Shown here: positions 1 to 12,908 of the stretch, piece after piece
Numbering within the stretch: position 1 is the first letter of the stretch
Layout of the letters: the number at the start of each line of letters is the position of its first letter
Assembly (NCBI RefSeq): GCF_000002075.1
Contig: NW_004797316.1
Span: 190,201-254,200, forward strand
Reading direction: 5' to 3'
Source: Aplysia californica
Taxonomy: Eukaryota
DNA: 64,000 bases
Program-made: the position numbers and the translations under genes
The notes under the pieces: model-generated
What the model was told of the DNA's origin: nothing
Database searches by the model: none
What the model saw: the letters and a program-made list of their open reading frames with translations, nothing else

Positions 1-940
1 GGGGGGGAGACTTCTGTAATATGATGAATATGATTGACAAATAAGGGAAATAATAATAATGGACTCAAGGAACAGATACGAATGATGGCACCTACATGTG
101 GTCTTGTAGCTACTGAGTGATATTCCTCTACCAGCGACCACTAGATCTATATGAGACAGTAGAATAGGGGGTAGGGTAGGGTTAGGTCTCTTCTTTATTG
201 TGTTTGTTGGGGTGGTCGCTCGTCACGGAAATCCTTCCTTTACCGATGATGACACTGGTGATGTGTGTTTTTGTCTTTTTGGGTGGTGGAAGGGAAGAAG
301 TCTTCCATTGTTTTGATTTAGCTTTCATTGTCAGGGTTCAAGATGTATCCATAATATAATTTATCCATGGTCTCAAGTGACACAAGTCTATTCCAAAGGT
401 TGTCTTCATCGGGAACCTGTGAACTCATCACACGGTGAAGTCGACACAGCTGAAAAACGTGTGGCGAGTTCACCCAAAAAAAGTATTTTTTAAAAAGTGA
501 ACTCGTCATACCACCTCCCCCGTAAGGCCTATAAAGCCACCAGCCATCTTGTACCATTTTAGATTTGATTTATTGCATACAGTAAGGACATTCACATTTT
601 TTACAGGTTTTATATTGCACCCAAAAATGTGTCCGTTTTTTCTTTAAAATTAATGTTGAAACAGAAAGGTTGATATGTGTATATTTTGATTCAATAAACT
701 CTGGTTTTGTATTTTTAAAATGTTATTAATTAAAGTTTTACATGTATGGGTTTGCCTGCCAATCCACGGTGAACTCGCCACACGTATATCACAAGTTGGA
801 GTATGTTGCGAAATCACTTAGGTATGTGACGACTTGTGACGACTTGTGACGAGTTTACTGGAAGCCTCTTCATCTTGTCTGAACTTTTGCAGCAGCAAAT
901 AGTCTAACCTGTCCAAAACGTTAGTTCTAGTTTTTGTATT

Positions 941-1440
941 TTTTTTTACGGCACTCGCAACTGCACAACATCATATGAGCCAAGGGGTGGATATCCATCA
1001 TGTCGTCAACAACTCACCTCTCTAGCCTCAACAGCTCAAGTCTGCTTCAACTATCAAGGCACCCCGGAAGTAGCAGTTCACAAGAGAGTGACAAACAAAC
1101 AAAAGAAGTAGAGGGAAAATGACGATAGTAAGGATGAGGAAAGAAAAAGCAGCAGTTCCCCCTTGTTGCGGCACAGTATGAGCATGTTATTGATAAATCA
1201 ACCCAATTCTACTGTGCATAAGAACATGTTAATATCTCCCCTTTGGGAATGGCTTAAAGACGCTTTGAAGCCAGTATAGCACTTGTCCAAAACGGAATTG
1301 CTCGTGAGCCAGAAATGAATAGGCCTATGTTTTAGACGTTTTCTGTCTTGGACAGCGAAGAGGAATTTACGGGGAGGGGAGGGGTTTCCAGAGTGCCAGC
1401 AGGTATGTACAGCGGTGGGATCATACAATGGTCGCCTGTT
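941..1440 (-). mobile_element. Short retroposon family B with shared 3' stem-loop tail
   Basis: Colinear with 30365-30728 over ~330 bp; 3' end ..catatgatgttgtgcagttgcgagtgccgtaaaa; 5' boundary uncertain. Confidence 0.6.
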
Positions 1441-2395
1441 GGTCTCTGATAATGGCATCTTTAATCTTACTTTTATCCATTGTCACCAGTGGTTCATAGT
1501 TGCATCTCATAGAACCACTGAATGACCAATTAAAAGAGAAATGATTGAACATTTCCATGTTTCCATCCTTAGCACCACCCATTGATGTAAAAATAACTGC
1601 CAAGCTTCCCGTGCATGTAACAATGAATCAAGGAACTTTTTTCTTGGCTGACTGTACAATCAGGGTGGCAGGCATAGAGGTCAAATTAATTAAACACGTA
1701 AAGCTTTCCAGAAAGATTTGTGTGCTGGAACTCCACTTGAGCACATTCATAATCGATAGTTGTGAGATATCACACCCACACCACTGTGACCATCTGCACA
1801 GCTTGGGATCCAGCTTTCAGCATGGGTGGGGTATACAACTACCCCAAGCTACACACCCCTCCCCCCCCCTTCCTCACCTGGCGGCATGGCGTAAAAGTTA
1901 GAGTTAGAGCTGATAGAACCAAACTTAAGACAGGTCAAAACCCTCCGAAGGGAAAGAATTTTTCTTTCCTTTTCAGGGTTGAGCAGGTTTTCTTTTTATA
2001 GAGGTAATTAATCAAGGGGGAAGTAGGGATATTTCATTAAATCATTATGACAGGTTTCTGTTAAGGCTGGTTCCACTGTATCTGCAGGTACCTCTTCCTT
2101 TCTTCCTGTCTGATGTCAGAAGCTGCAGAACCCATGGGGCTGAGACCTTTTTCATGTTCAAATAATCATGAAGACTGTTTTCAATGGACTCGTACCCTGT
2201 TTTCATACTAAGCTCTCTTACAATGACTCTTCTATTTTCTGAGTCAGGCCATGTTTTTCATGCTCCTCACATTTTTCTTCAATGATGATGGTCCCACGAC
2301 ACCCTGATCTTATTTGAATGGGATTCAGATTATAATTATTTCCTCATGCCAAGTGTTTACACAAAAGTGATGAGTCTTTCTGAAAGGTAAAAAAT

Positions 2396-4330
2396 ACATC
2401 CTGCAGCAGAACACCTCCATTGCTTTTTATACTCTGTCACATTTTTAAAATGTACACTGTGTTAAAATGTAAATACCTAGTTTCACAATGAGCTGATATT
2501 CTTAAAAATTTCGGGAATACTAATTCAATCAATCTTAAAAACGAAAAAAGCAACAGCAATACGGAAAGTTAATGTAACAGGTTTATTACCGACTTACAAG
2601 AGTGTTGGAGTGGTCTACAAAAGTAACACGATCAGTAGCGCGTATGATGTCCTCTTGCATTGATGATGGCCTGACATCGTCGCCGCATGAAATCAGTCAA
2701 TCACTGTATTGCCTACTGAGGGATGTTATTCCGCCCAAAATGCAATGCTCTCTCAAGTTGAGGAAGTTTCTGACGCTGGTGTTGTCTACTTTGAATGCAG
2801 CGATGGAGCAAGTCCCATAGATAGATGCTCAATGGGATTCAAATCTGGTGAGTAGGAAGGCCACAGCTGAAGAACTTAGATGTTGTTTTCATGTAGGAAC
2901 TGGATGGTTAAACGAGCTCTATGCGCTTGGGCATTGTCATTCATAAAGGTTTGTCCCTGATTTTGAATGGCTGCAACGACGTGTTGCCAAAGAATTTCGT
3001 CAATGTATCTGTGTGCTGTCAAATTGCCACGAACAGTCACAAGTGGAGTCTTGTCATCTGCTGTAATTCCTACCCACACCATCACACTTTCATCACTAAA
3101 AGCTTTGGCCTGAATTTGGCATTGAGGAACGAACCTCTCATTTGGAATACGCGGAGAACATCTGGTTATTCCATACCTGGTGAGAGGATTCCCTGAAAAC
3201 AATCTGTGTACCCGAGAGCCTACCACTAGGCGAAGAATGGGAACAGGTGGCCGGAGAATACAGGGACCTCACCAAGGTCAAAATAAACATGGGCAGAGAC
3301 AGAAGAAATGTTGCGGCTGCCATCAACGAGAGCGATATCAATGAGATTGTTGACACAAACTCAAAAGCAGGGGATCCTATAATTTATACAGATGGTTCAA
3401 TGAAAAGAGATAGCCAGAGAAGTGGATGGGGATTTGTTGCATTTGCCAACAATAAAATCATACTCATACACAGGGCATCTGGAGCCTGCAGCAGGGCTAC
3501 ATCAAGTATGCGTATGGAAATTGAAGCCATCACGAAAGCACTTGATTGGATGACCCAAGATCGCCCCCACACAACCCATGCTGTTCTTATCACTGATTCC
3601 ATGTGTACCCTCAGAAGGATCGAAAAAGGTTTCCTGAGAACAGAATGGATTCAAGCTATTGAACCAACGCCTATACGATCGCTCACATGGATTTTCTGCC
3701 CTGGCCATGCAGGTATTAAGGGAAATGAAAAAGCCGACAGATTGGCTGGTGAGGCCACCTTAGTTGACAATACGGTTCAACCAGATAGGGTCGAGATCAT
3801 GAAATGTCTCTCTCGCCAGCTGACTGAGGAGGAGGATAGGGAGGCAGAGGCCAGTACTGCCGTGGAGAGGATGATGCTTTTGGGAATAAAAAAAGGAATC
3901 GGAAAATCTGGCATCCTTGCAGGAAAGAACAGAAGAACGTTCAACCAGATGTGCACTGGCACAATCAGTAGAGGGACCCTCGGCAACATTTTGGAGAGAG
4001 CAACGGAGCACCAATGGACATGTCCGGAGTGCAGGGATGTTGCTTCCTGAAAGAAGAACAAGAAGAACAAGAACGAGACCAACGTGAATATATTCTTGCC
4101 AATCAAGCCTGTTTCTGATGTTGTAGGGCGTCAATCTAATGGGGTGAGCTGGGCTTCTTGCTCGGAGTCCAAATTCCTTCAACAGTCTCAATACAGTTGT
4201 TTTTTTTATACTAGGTTGACAGGTCACATGTTGTTGTTCAACTCATCTCTGGTTTGTCTTGCTGTTTTGAAACGATACTGTATGCCGTAGATGCGACAGG
4301 GGTATAAAAAGATCCTCTCTTGGAGTAGTG
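2396..4330 (-). mobile_element. Decayed Tc1-family DNA transposon, interrupted by a LINE fragment
   Basis: Frameshifted transposase pieces: TVLRLLKEFGLRARSP..LTP..RLDW, SVMVWVGI..GNLTAHRYIDEIL, FMNDNAQAHRA, WPSYSPDLNPIEHL; inverted match tttttatac..ctgtc.cat at ~2422-2441 and ~4291-4310; ends approximate. Confidence 0.85.
3181..4072 (+). mobile_element. 5'-truncated non-LTR retrotransposon (I-group-like), RNase H 3' end
   Basis: Uninterrupted ORF to 4050 with RNase H motifs IYTDGS, MEIEAI, LITDS, FCPGHAGIKGNEKADRLA, C-terminal WTCPEC; stop followed at once by an (AAG/AAC)n tail. Confidence 0.85.
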
Positions 4331-4962
4331 AATAAATTTTCCATGATAGACTGACAGACATACTTGCTTTCTATACATGTACCATACGTGTACTACTGTT
4401 GTCATCACTATGTCAGACCCTTAACTTAATAATCAACTAGAGGTATACTCAAAACGTTTTTAAATCAAATTTCTACTATAAGGCCTAAGCTGTGGGGCAA
4501 TGCAATGATTCTAAAACTCACAGTGATTGAAGATGCTCGTTAGCAATAATGGAATGAACAAAAATTGGTAACTTCTCATTACTAGTTTTTTCTATTCAAG
4601 AATCAAAACAGCACTTCCTTTGAAATAATTGACTTTTCATCAACAGTCATAGTTTAGCTGAAAGTACAACCTCAAGATGGACAGACTAGAATTCGTTCTA
4701 TCATTGAATTTCTGTATCTTGGGGGGAACAATTCATGACAGATTTTTAAGAGTCAGACTGGCAATCAAAGTGAAACATGCACATTGCACAATATTATAAT
4801 AACAGATTTTGCAAAATAGGTAAGAAAGTAAAAATTTTGTTATTGTTGTCAATGTTTGTGTTTGTAACAATCCTCACCAACTTGAAAAGCAAAATTTCGG
4901 GCGTAACTGTGTCAAACCTAATAAGCGTTCACTTAGTCTGTCAGTGATTTCAAAAGGATGTA

Positions 4963-4968
4963 TGTATA

Positions 4969-5009
<41 letters not shown>
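4963..5009. repeat. (TA)n microsatellite
   Basis: Direct reading. Confidence 0.9.
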
Positions 5010-5014
<5 letters not shown>

Positions 5015-5488
5015 GAACTTGAATGTTACTTTTAGTAAACAGTACTGGTGGAATGACCCATATATATATATATATATATAATTATAATTATAATTGCTGC
5101 AAAAAATAAGTTTTCATTTCAATTTAAATTTTATGCTGTCCACATGATCTCAGATTATTTGTGATTGGTGTATACAAACGTAATTATTTTTTACATTTAA
5201 AGAATGTTTGTGGATGGAAGACCAGGTCCTTGATATCTTTTCTGCACCATCATTCATGGCTAGAGGAAGCTTGCAGCTCAAGTTTTGTCTGATAAATTTT
5301 CATAGTTTAATAATTCTATTAACCGACATAACCATGCAAGACTTCATTATTAGGGAGTAAGTGTGATGAAGTATTTGTTCATAAAAATACATGATTTTTG
5401 TCATTTATTCGAGCCTAGAGCCACCAGGGAGTGGGTACTATGAAAGTGAACCTTATTATCATATATCTACATATTTCCCTTTGATTAG

Positions 5489-5633
5489 GTACTTTGCAAG
5501 CATGCCTGTCTACAGCAAAATTGATGATATCATTGTGACAAAAATGGTGTCCTTTTTCCCAAAGAACACTGATGTTCCAAGCCACAATGCTGTGATATTA
5601 GTATTTAGCACTAAGAATGGGCTAATGAGAGCG
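5489..5633 (+). CDS. CRYM: Mu-crystallin/ketimine reductase, first visible coding exon (phase 2 to 0)
   Basis: ttgattag| acceptor, |gtaagt donor, 145 nt; YFASMPVYSKIDDIIVTKMVSFFPKNTDVPSHNAVILVFSTKNGLMRA aligns to CRYM [38 protein letters not shown]. Confidence 0.92.
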
Positions 5634-5736
5634 GTAAGTATGAATATGTTCCTTCCGTGTACTTGGCAGAATTTGGCTACTCATGTAACCTCTTAATTTA
5701 CTTTTTCTTTAGCCATGTCACTTTTCTCTTTTTTAA

Positions 5737-5976
5737 CCCTATCCGTACGCCCTGGAGTCATTTTGTACCCCAGAGGTTGTATTCTTCACATTTTAGAAAA
5801 CCTCTAGTGCCAAGATCTCTTTGAAACTTTCAGTATTTCTCAAAAAATCATTTTGACAGACTGCTATGCAAAGCGTACACATCGGATTGACGAGTAAATT
5901 GCCTCTTTGGAAAGTGGTGGCACAGAGTTCCCCACGTCGTATGGATACGATAGTAAAACATGACATACGGATAGGG
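5737..5976. mobile_element. piggyBac-type MITE
   Basis: TTAA|ccctatccgta...tacggataggg|TTAA; second copy at ~16141-16384. Confidence 0.8.
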
Positions 5977-7036
5977 TTAAAACTGTTTTTGTTAACTCTG
6001 CGTGACCCAAATTTTGTTTCTGCTTTTTGAATAATGCATAATTTATGAGTGTTGAAAAGTTCAGATTAGCTAGTTTGTCATCATAAATAGCTTGAAAATT
6101 GCATTTCGACGATGTATCGAAAACTGAGAGAATGTGTTTGTGTTCCACCTGGAATCAAACATTAATTGGTATCCATGTGTTGGTTCAGTTGGTACTTTGG
6201 ATTTCTGAGTCTCATTCAGCAGGGGAGGAAGACTGGTATCGTCGAATTAGTCTTGTCTTAAAAGGAAACTGATGCTGGGTAAAGTTGCTACATCTGAGTG
6301 CTGCAATTATTTATTATGCACAGGGACTTTAAGGGACTGGGTAGCTGTGTTTGGCTCAACACAATTTGTGAAGAGAGCAAAGTGCCCCAGATAAAGCCCT
6401 CTTAATTTTCTCATCTATTAACCAAGTCATGCCTCCAAGATCTCATTGGTTATTCGTTTCGTTTTAATAGAATAAAAAGCAGTTGAAGTTTTTTTCAGGT
6501 CTTGGTGCCCCAGCGTAACAGCAATTGCTGAAACTGCATGAACCTCAGAGATTCATAATTTGGTCATATTTTTTTAAATTTCTCTTTGGAGTCAGCCATG
6601 CATGTCGGTGCATTAGCTTGTTGGACATATTAACTTTCTATTGAGAGCAAAGGGCGGGGGGGGGGGGGGGGGGGGGGGGCTTTGAAACAGGCACATATTT
6701 ACATTTGTTGGCTCTGCTTCTTTGGAAGTTGTCAATCATTTTAAAAAGATAAAAGTAGTATCCACATTTTCACAAGTCTGGCTTGACTGATCATTGTATT
6801 CTCTTTGACAAAACTGCATGGATTGCATTCCTTCTGTGCTTAAGCATGTGTATTCTTTTCATAAACCTGTTCCACCTGTTCCAGTGTGTGGCACAATCAG
6901 ATATAATGAATTTTTTCCTCTTAACAAAATAGGTGTGATACGATCCACCACATCTATATATTTGAAAACCTGATGTGGTTTTCACTGCTGGCCAAAGTAA
7001 AGTATTTTGGAGTTACGTGAAAAAAGTGACGCAAAA

Positions 7037-7437
7037 TCTCTCCTTTCCTGCTCTCTAACCATATTCTTTCATCTACTTTCATCTCCACTTTCTGCCCCCC
7101 CCACCCCCCCCTTTTGGACTCCTAACTCTTTCTGCAGCCTTTCTACTGCTACTCCTTGGCTCCTTACTGCTGTCTTTCCTTTCTGCCGCACCCCTGATCT
7201 TATGGTAGGTAAGATCGAACACCTAGCATTCTTGTTGAAGGGCGAAAAAAATCTTGGAAGTCCTGTGTCAAGTTGCTCACATTAAAGATTCCTTGTTGGT
7301 CCTGAAATCGATAGGAGTAGGCTTCGGCAGCCATCCGTGAAAAATCCAAAATAAATTCCTACCAAACTGAAAATACTTGTCCCACGCACTCATAATCCCA
7401 TATGACCTTAAGCAGTTGAGAGCACTGTAAAACACTT
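7037..7437 (+). mobile_element. SINE family A (Nin-domain-like), head missing
   Basis: Colinear with reverse complement of 59787-60190; cacattaaagattcc core; tail catatgaccttaagcagttgagagcactgtaaaac. Confidence 0.7.
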
Positions 7438-7561
7438 CCCATTTAAAAAAAAAAAAGAAGAAAGTGCTCATTCCCTTAAAATAATCCCTGAGAAATACAT
7501 AGAAGCTCTTTTGACTTGTTACAACACTTTGATAATATTGCTTTATTTGTTATAAGCCCCA

Positions 7562-7724
7562 CAGTCAAAATTGTCTGAGATGGCCACCCATTGTCGAGGA
7601 GGAAAGTGACTGTCTTACACAATGCCATTATAATAATGTAAAAAATGCACAAAGGGAAAAATGGGAAGTGGACATTTGTACAGGTGATTGTCTTTTACAG
7701 GTGGCTGTCAGAGCAGGTTTGACT
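7562..7724. mobile_element. Short degenerate copy of the 40715-41529 MITE family
   Basis: cagtcaaa...caggtttgact termini; shares ggccacccattgtc and aagtgg..tttgtacaggtg. Confidence 0.6.
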
Positions 7725-8145
7725 ACATGTAATCATTTGAGTTACCTTTGGTTCTTTTGAATTGTCAAGTAAAAAATATACTTGCAACCATTACTCAATA
7801 ATCATTCCCGTTACTTTCCTGTTTCTTTACTTTTACTCAGATATCATACTTTCCCCATAGTCTGCTAATCTAACAGAAATATAGATATCTATTTCTAGTT
7901 GTTCACTCGATGTGTTTTATTTATGAGGAGTGACGTTGACATATGCATCTGGTTTGAGCTAACAATCTTGATTGCAATGTAAAATACAATATAAACTGCG
8001 GAGATATTTCCTTCTGCATCTTGAAAAATAATTTGAACTCCAGATATCATTTGGAAAAATTAATAATAGATTTATAGTGGCTGCAGTTTTGAGTTACATT
8101 GGTCGCTTGCGAATAATGCAGCCTTTTCTTTACTTTTTCTCTCAG

Positions 8146-8208
8146 ATCATGGATGGTGATGTCATTACACTGAAGCGCACAGCAGCGGCATCTGCAGTAG
8201 CCACAAAA
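8146..8208 (+). CDS. CRYM: CRYM exon
   Basis: tttttctctcag|..|gtaaat, 63 nt; IMDGDVITLKRTAAASAVATK, the OCD/mu-crystallin hallmark (MDGxxITxxRTAA). Confidence 0.95.
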
Positions 8209-8239
8209 GTAAATTTCATTTGGCAAATATATACATGCA

Positions 8240-8687
8240 TGTGTCACAATGCAGTGGAATAAGGCGCTCGTCAATTTTCAGACACATGGAGTTATTGGTA
8301 TCGTCTTAAAGCTTGTCCATTTGTCTTGTTGTCAATGAAAAATAACCATCTATCTTGAATAGAAGTTGAGATATTTGCAATTAAAGGAGATGGGGGTCAC
8401 CTGGTTTCAGAGGTATAATTAGCAAGAAAGTGGCCGTCAAGTTTTGGTGACTTCTAAAGCTTGAGAGTCCTTAGAAACCAGGAATTTACATTTTTGTGCC
8501 ATTAATCAATTTTTTTCCTTTAAAATCCACGGGGAACGACGTTTTAAAAAAAATGGATATAAAAGGTGTATAGCCAAAAAACAAAATGCAATAAAAAGTG
8601 CCAAACAAGGGGTAAATAAAAGGCCGGTTTCGTCGATTTAGATCTAGTTGTTTTGACGAGCGCCTGATTTCACCATGATGTCTTACA
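8240..8687. mobile_element. Unclassified TIR element (TGT...ACA termini)
   Basis: ~35-bp imperfect TIR (..ggcgctcgtcaa / ttgacgagcgcc..); related copy in opposite orientation at 19457-19884. Confidence 0.65.
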
Positions 8688-9840
8688 TATTAGGTCTATA
8701 GTTGTGTGTGTACTCACTTGTTAATGATGGGTGCTCATGTGTGGTCTTCTTTGTTTTTTGTTTTTTTGTTGTTTTTTTTTGGGGGGGGGGGGGTTGGTAT
8801 CATTTTTATACCTGTAAATCTGTTCCCAGTGAAATGTTGCCATTATCAGGCCAACTCACCATATGCTACAGCATGACAAGAAGGTGTTCTCAATAACAGT
8901 AAGAGGGCGTTGCAGTTGGGTTTCGACCAATAATGTTTTAGATTTGTAATCAATTTAGTAAACCAATAGAACCTGCTTGAATATGTCTTGTGTGCCATTC
9001 CGTTCAAGGACAGATAGAGCACTGAAATGGTCTTAACTTCTCATCCATTGATCAGTTATTGATTAAAGTGATTGGAAATGCCTTCAATAAAATACGAAGG
9101 TAAAGCTTTTAGCACATGAAGCATTCTATTGTCGTAAGTAAAATGAAATCGAATCCAATGTGATGTAAGTAATTTTTGTGGTTTTCAAATAAGACTTAAG
9201 GTTGTTACTGTTCCTGAATTCAGGACTGGGTTCCTAAACCCAGTGCCAACTACAATTTTATGCTGCTTATTCTTAAAGGGAACAACTGTAGTATGTTATC
9301 ACTGTTGTCAAAATGTACCCTCTATAAAGCAGGGGCAAACTGAGTAATTCATTCTTCTCAAATTTCTTGCGACAGGGAAGATTTATATTTATATCTCTGA
9401 AAGTCAGTTCTGTCTGTATTAGCTGGATGACACTCACCTCCTTTCTTTGTATGTGAAAATGTCTGGAAGAAACACTTATCTATGTGAAAATGTCTGGAAG
9501 AAACACTTTTCTGGGTAATTTTTAGCTGCCCCTTTACTAGATGCTTGTCAAAATTTATCCATCCATCTATATGTGAGAGATTTGTAACCTTGATTTAAGA
9601 CCATGAAAGCATTGAAGGTGTTTTCCAATTTGCCAAGAGGCTTTAGATTTTTTATGATCGGCCTTTGAAATGCTGAATTGCCTGGGTTTTGAAATATGGG
9701 TATTTGGGTTTCAGTTTCTGAATAAAATGCCATTACCTTTTGTTCTTTGCGTATTGTATCAAATGCTTTTTAAATGGAAGTGAGGAATAGCGTTTTACAT
9801 TTGTTATATTATAATCTTTATTTCTATTTTTTCTTTTTAG

Positions 9841-9942
9841 TATCTGACCAATGGGCAACCACATACTTTAGCCATTCTGGGCTCAGGAAGTCAGGCCCGA
9901 TCTCATTATGCTGCTATTTCCCACGTCTTCAAATTCCAGCAG
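9841..9942 (+). CDS. CRYM: CRYM exon (Rossmann glycine motif)
   Basis: ttctttttag|..|gtaatt, 102 nt; YLTNGQPHTLAILGSGSQARSHYAAISHVFKFQQ (cf. LCILGAGVQAYSH). Not in the ORF track. Confidence 0.93.
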
Positions 9943-10761
9943 GTAATTAACATTTAAGATTGTATCGTGTCTTATTCTCAGCAATATACATATAACACGG
10001 TTAGCTAGAATTCGTCGGGATTGGCCTCGGTAGTTCGAAGGATATCTTACAAACATAAAGAAGAGAAAAAGACGGGACTGTAGTCACAGTTCAACGGATG
10101 CCTGGTTTTGAGTCTTTTGTGATCAACCTGTCCAGTGTTATACTGTAGCTTATTTCAGAATTTGATTCAGACTTTTCTTTTCATGACATGAACCTAATGT
10201 TTTCATACCCCATGCTGAAAGTATATTATTTAGCATTATATTCCTCTCTTTGTTGGCATTGTGGAACTTTCAATTTTCCTCCTTGGCTGAGGACCCAGAC
10301 ACCAGGGCGCTGTCCTGGCTTAAGATCTCTTATACCTTTCTGATGTAAAGGTATGAGTTACCAGCCCTTATAAAAATTAACAGTACTACTGATAATGCTA
10401 TTTATGTTATGTGTTATGTTACATTCTGTGTTTCTTGAAAATGTTGTGCATTACAATTTGTTACTTTACACTTGACTCAACTAGGAAGCTCTCACGTGCA
10501 TTGTATTTCAGTGGTGCAGGCAAATAGTATTTTTCTGATTGGGTTGTTTGATGAAGGTCTCTATACCCATGACATTTTTTAAACAAGGGTCATATGTTTC
10601 TACCTAAATTAGCTGTATAATTAATTCTAGAGTTTTAACAGCATTTAAAAAATGTATTTCCAGTGTGGGATTTGGTCAGAGGAGATTTAATGTAAACAGG
10701 CATAAAGTTAACTGTGTTTTGCACAGTATTTTATAGCCTATATATTTTTTCCCAAATGCAG

Positions 10762-10945
10762 GTGAACATCTGGAATCATCGATCGGCCGGTGCTGAGGCT
10801 CTGGCCAAGGAAATTGGTCCCACAGCCCAGGCATTTGCCAGTGTAGAAGATGCTGTGAGAGATGCTGATGTCATTGTCACAGTGACAAGCTCTGACAAGC
10901 CTGTGTTGAAAGCAGAATGGGTCAAACCAGGAGCACATATTAATG
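10762..10945 (+). CDS. CRYM: CRYM exon
   Basis: atgcag|..|gtgagg, 184 nt; VNIWNHRS..VEDAVRDADVIVTVTSSDKPVLKAEWVKPGAHIN. Confidence 0.95.
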
Positions 10946-12908
10946 GTGAGGACTTGTAGTGTGTGAGAACTTTACAATGCGCTCATTTTTAAGGTGGTTA
11001 CCCCTGTTTTGGGAGAATATAGAAGGATGGCTGGAGGATGCAAGACTGACAAATGTCATATATTGCTATTGGGCATTTGTCAGAGTCTTACACCCAGATA
11101 TCGAGACGAAGAAAGAGGTGGTGAACTTGGCGTCAAGGTGTTAAGAAAGAAGCAGAAATAGAAACAATATTGATACTACTAAAGATTGAGGGAAAGGAGA
11201 GATGATGAAAGTGGGTATTCTGGAAAGGAAAGAAGGATGTCATACATTACTGAATATTGCACATAAAGATCAGGAGCTCAGAAGCCCAGGTGCTTTATTT
11301 CATACTTATGCAGTTATGCATCTTTGTCTATGTGCAGTGGGTTTGTTTTTAATCTCTTCTACCCAATTGGAGGTTGTTTGGATGTGACGATTACAAAACA
11401 AGAAAAAGAAAAAAAAGAACAGACCAGATCAAGAAACAAAAACAACTCAACATTTTGTTAATCCTTCTGGCTTGGGAAATTTGTCTCAAACTGGTTCAGG
11501 TAGGCTATAATCTTTATTAAAATGGCAATGGGCATATTAGAAGCATTTATTTCCACCTCTTCCCTGGACAGTTGTAGGTAACTAAAATGCAAGAGTCATT
11601 GTTGAAAGGTTAATGTGCTTTGATCAAGAGCATACTTCAGAGGTCAGTCGTAATGATACTGTCCTACTTAATGCCACTAGATTTTGTCTGTGGACTTATT
11701 GCCATGCTTCTAGATGACAGAACTATTCATCAAATTTTCCGCTCTAATTAGCAATCCATTTTATAACCTGAGATCTGCCCATGCCACTCTAAACAGACTG
11801 ATGACAGTGCATGCAAGTGATGCCGCCTGAAAAGTAGGGCAAAAGTTCACACTCAGTGTATCATTGTTTGCCTCTTGTGAAGACTTAGACTAGAGAACAG
11901 GTGATGTAATAAAAACATTCTTCCTACTTACCAATTAGGCATAAAATCTTGATTGGTTAGGCTCCTCACTGTAGCACATACAAGAGTCGTTCGTTTTCCA
12001 TACCTGTTTTATCATGTTTCTTCATTGTTCTGCTGGGATACTATGACTCATTCACCATGGGTAACTCTTATAGGAAGGGTTGAATCGCCCAGCTTCCTAA
12101 ATGATGTACATTTTGTCAATAGGGGCCTTATGAAGGCTTCATGAAGAATGTAACCTCAATAAACATTTCCATATATAGGTTGCATGTAGTATAGCCCCAA
12201 TAATCCCACCTCCCATCTGAGCGCTCCCCCCCCCCCCCTCCCCCCAAAGAAAAAAAAAGAAGCTTTTTGGGCTAACTTAGTCCATATTGCCAAATATCCC
12301 TCTCCTCTAACCCGGAAAGCTTTATTAGGTTTCAACTCTATCTAGATCTAGTCTGCCTTGTCTTAATATGCGTAACTGTCACTGAATAGAATCTACACCT
12401 ACTGAATAATGAACCGTAAATGTGCATGGCGAAGGAAGTCTTAATACATCTTTTAGATGCAGTAAATCACAGTCTAGAATCATGCATCCATTTTACAGAA
12501 GTTTAAGGCTTCTTATATTTTTTTTCTCAGAGTATCTATATTGTTATAATCTATGCACTGATATACTGTCATTGAGCACAGGGACAAAACTTAAATGATA
12601 AGAAAGATGCAATAATAGAATCTAGGACTAGATCATCAGAACTGCTGAATACCCACTTGTGAACTACTTTCCCAAACTAGGTTTAATTCTTTCACTAGCT
12701 GAATGCAGTGAAATGAGTTGAACAAAGTCTGAACACATCACGTTGATTAATAGATCCAACAAATCACATAGATCTTGAATAATGTATCAATTTAACAGAA
12801 ATTCTCAGCCATTCAAGTCTGTTTTCCAGAATATCTGTTGTAGTACAGTTTATAATTTATACACTGGTTTACTGTTGTTGAGCACAAAGACAAAAATGAA
12901 CTTATTAA

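Noticed and set aside
120-235. Short inverted repeat agcgaccac/gtggtcgct around gggtagggttagg; telomere-like or Helentron-like
   Set aside because: Too short and single-copy here; no true (TTAGGG)n array.
3247-4050. Host RNase H1 gene
   Set aside because: Intronless, no hybrid-binding domain, microsatellite tail, inserted within a Tc1 transposase.
10975-11280. Possible RTE-like LINE remnant (..LLKIEGK..)
   Set aside because: Too degenerate to support by eye.
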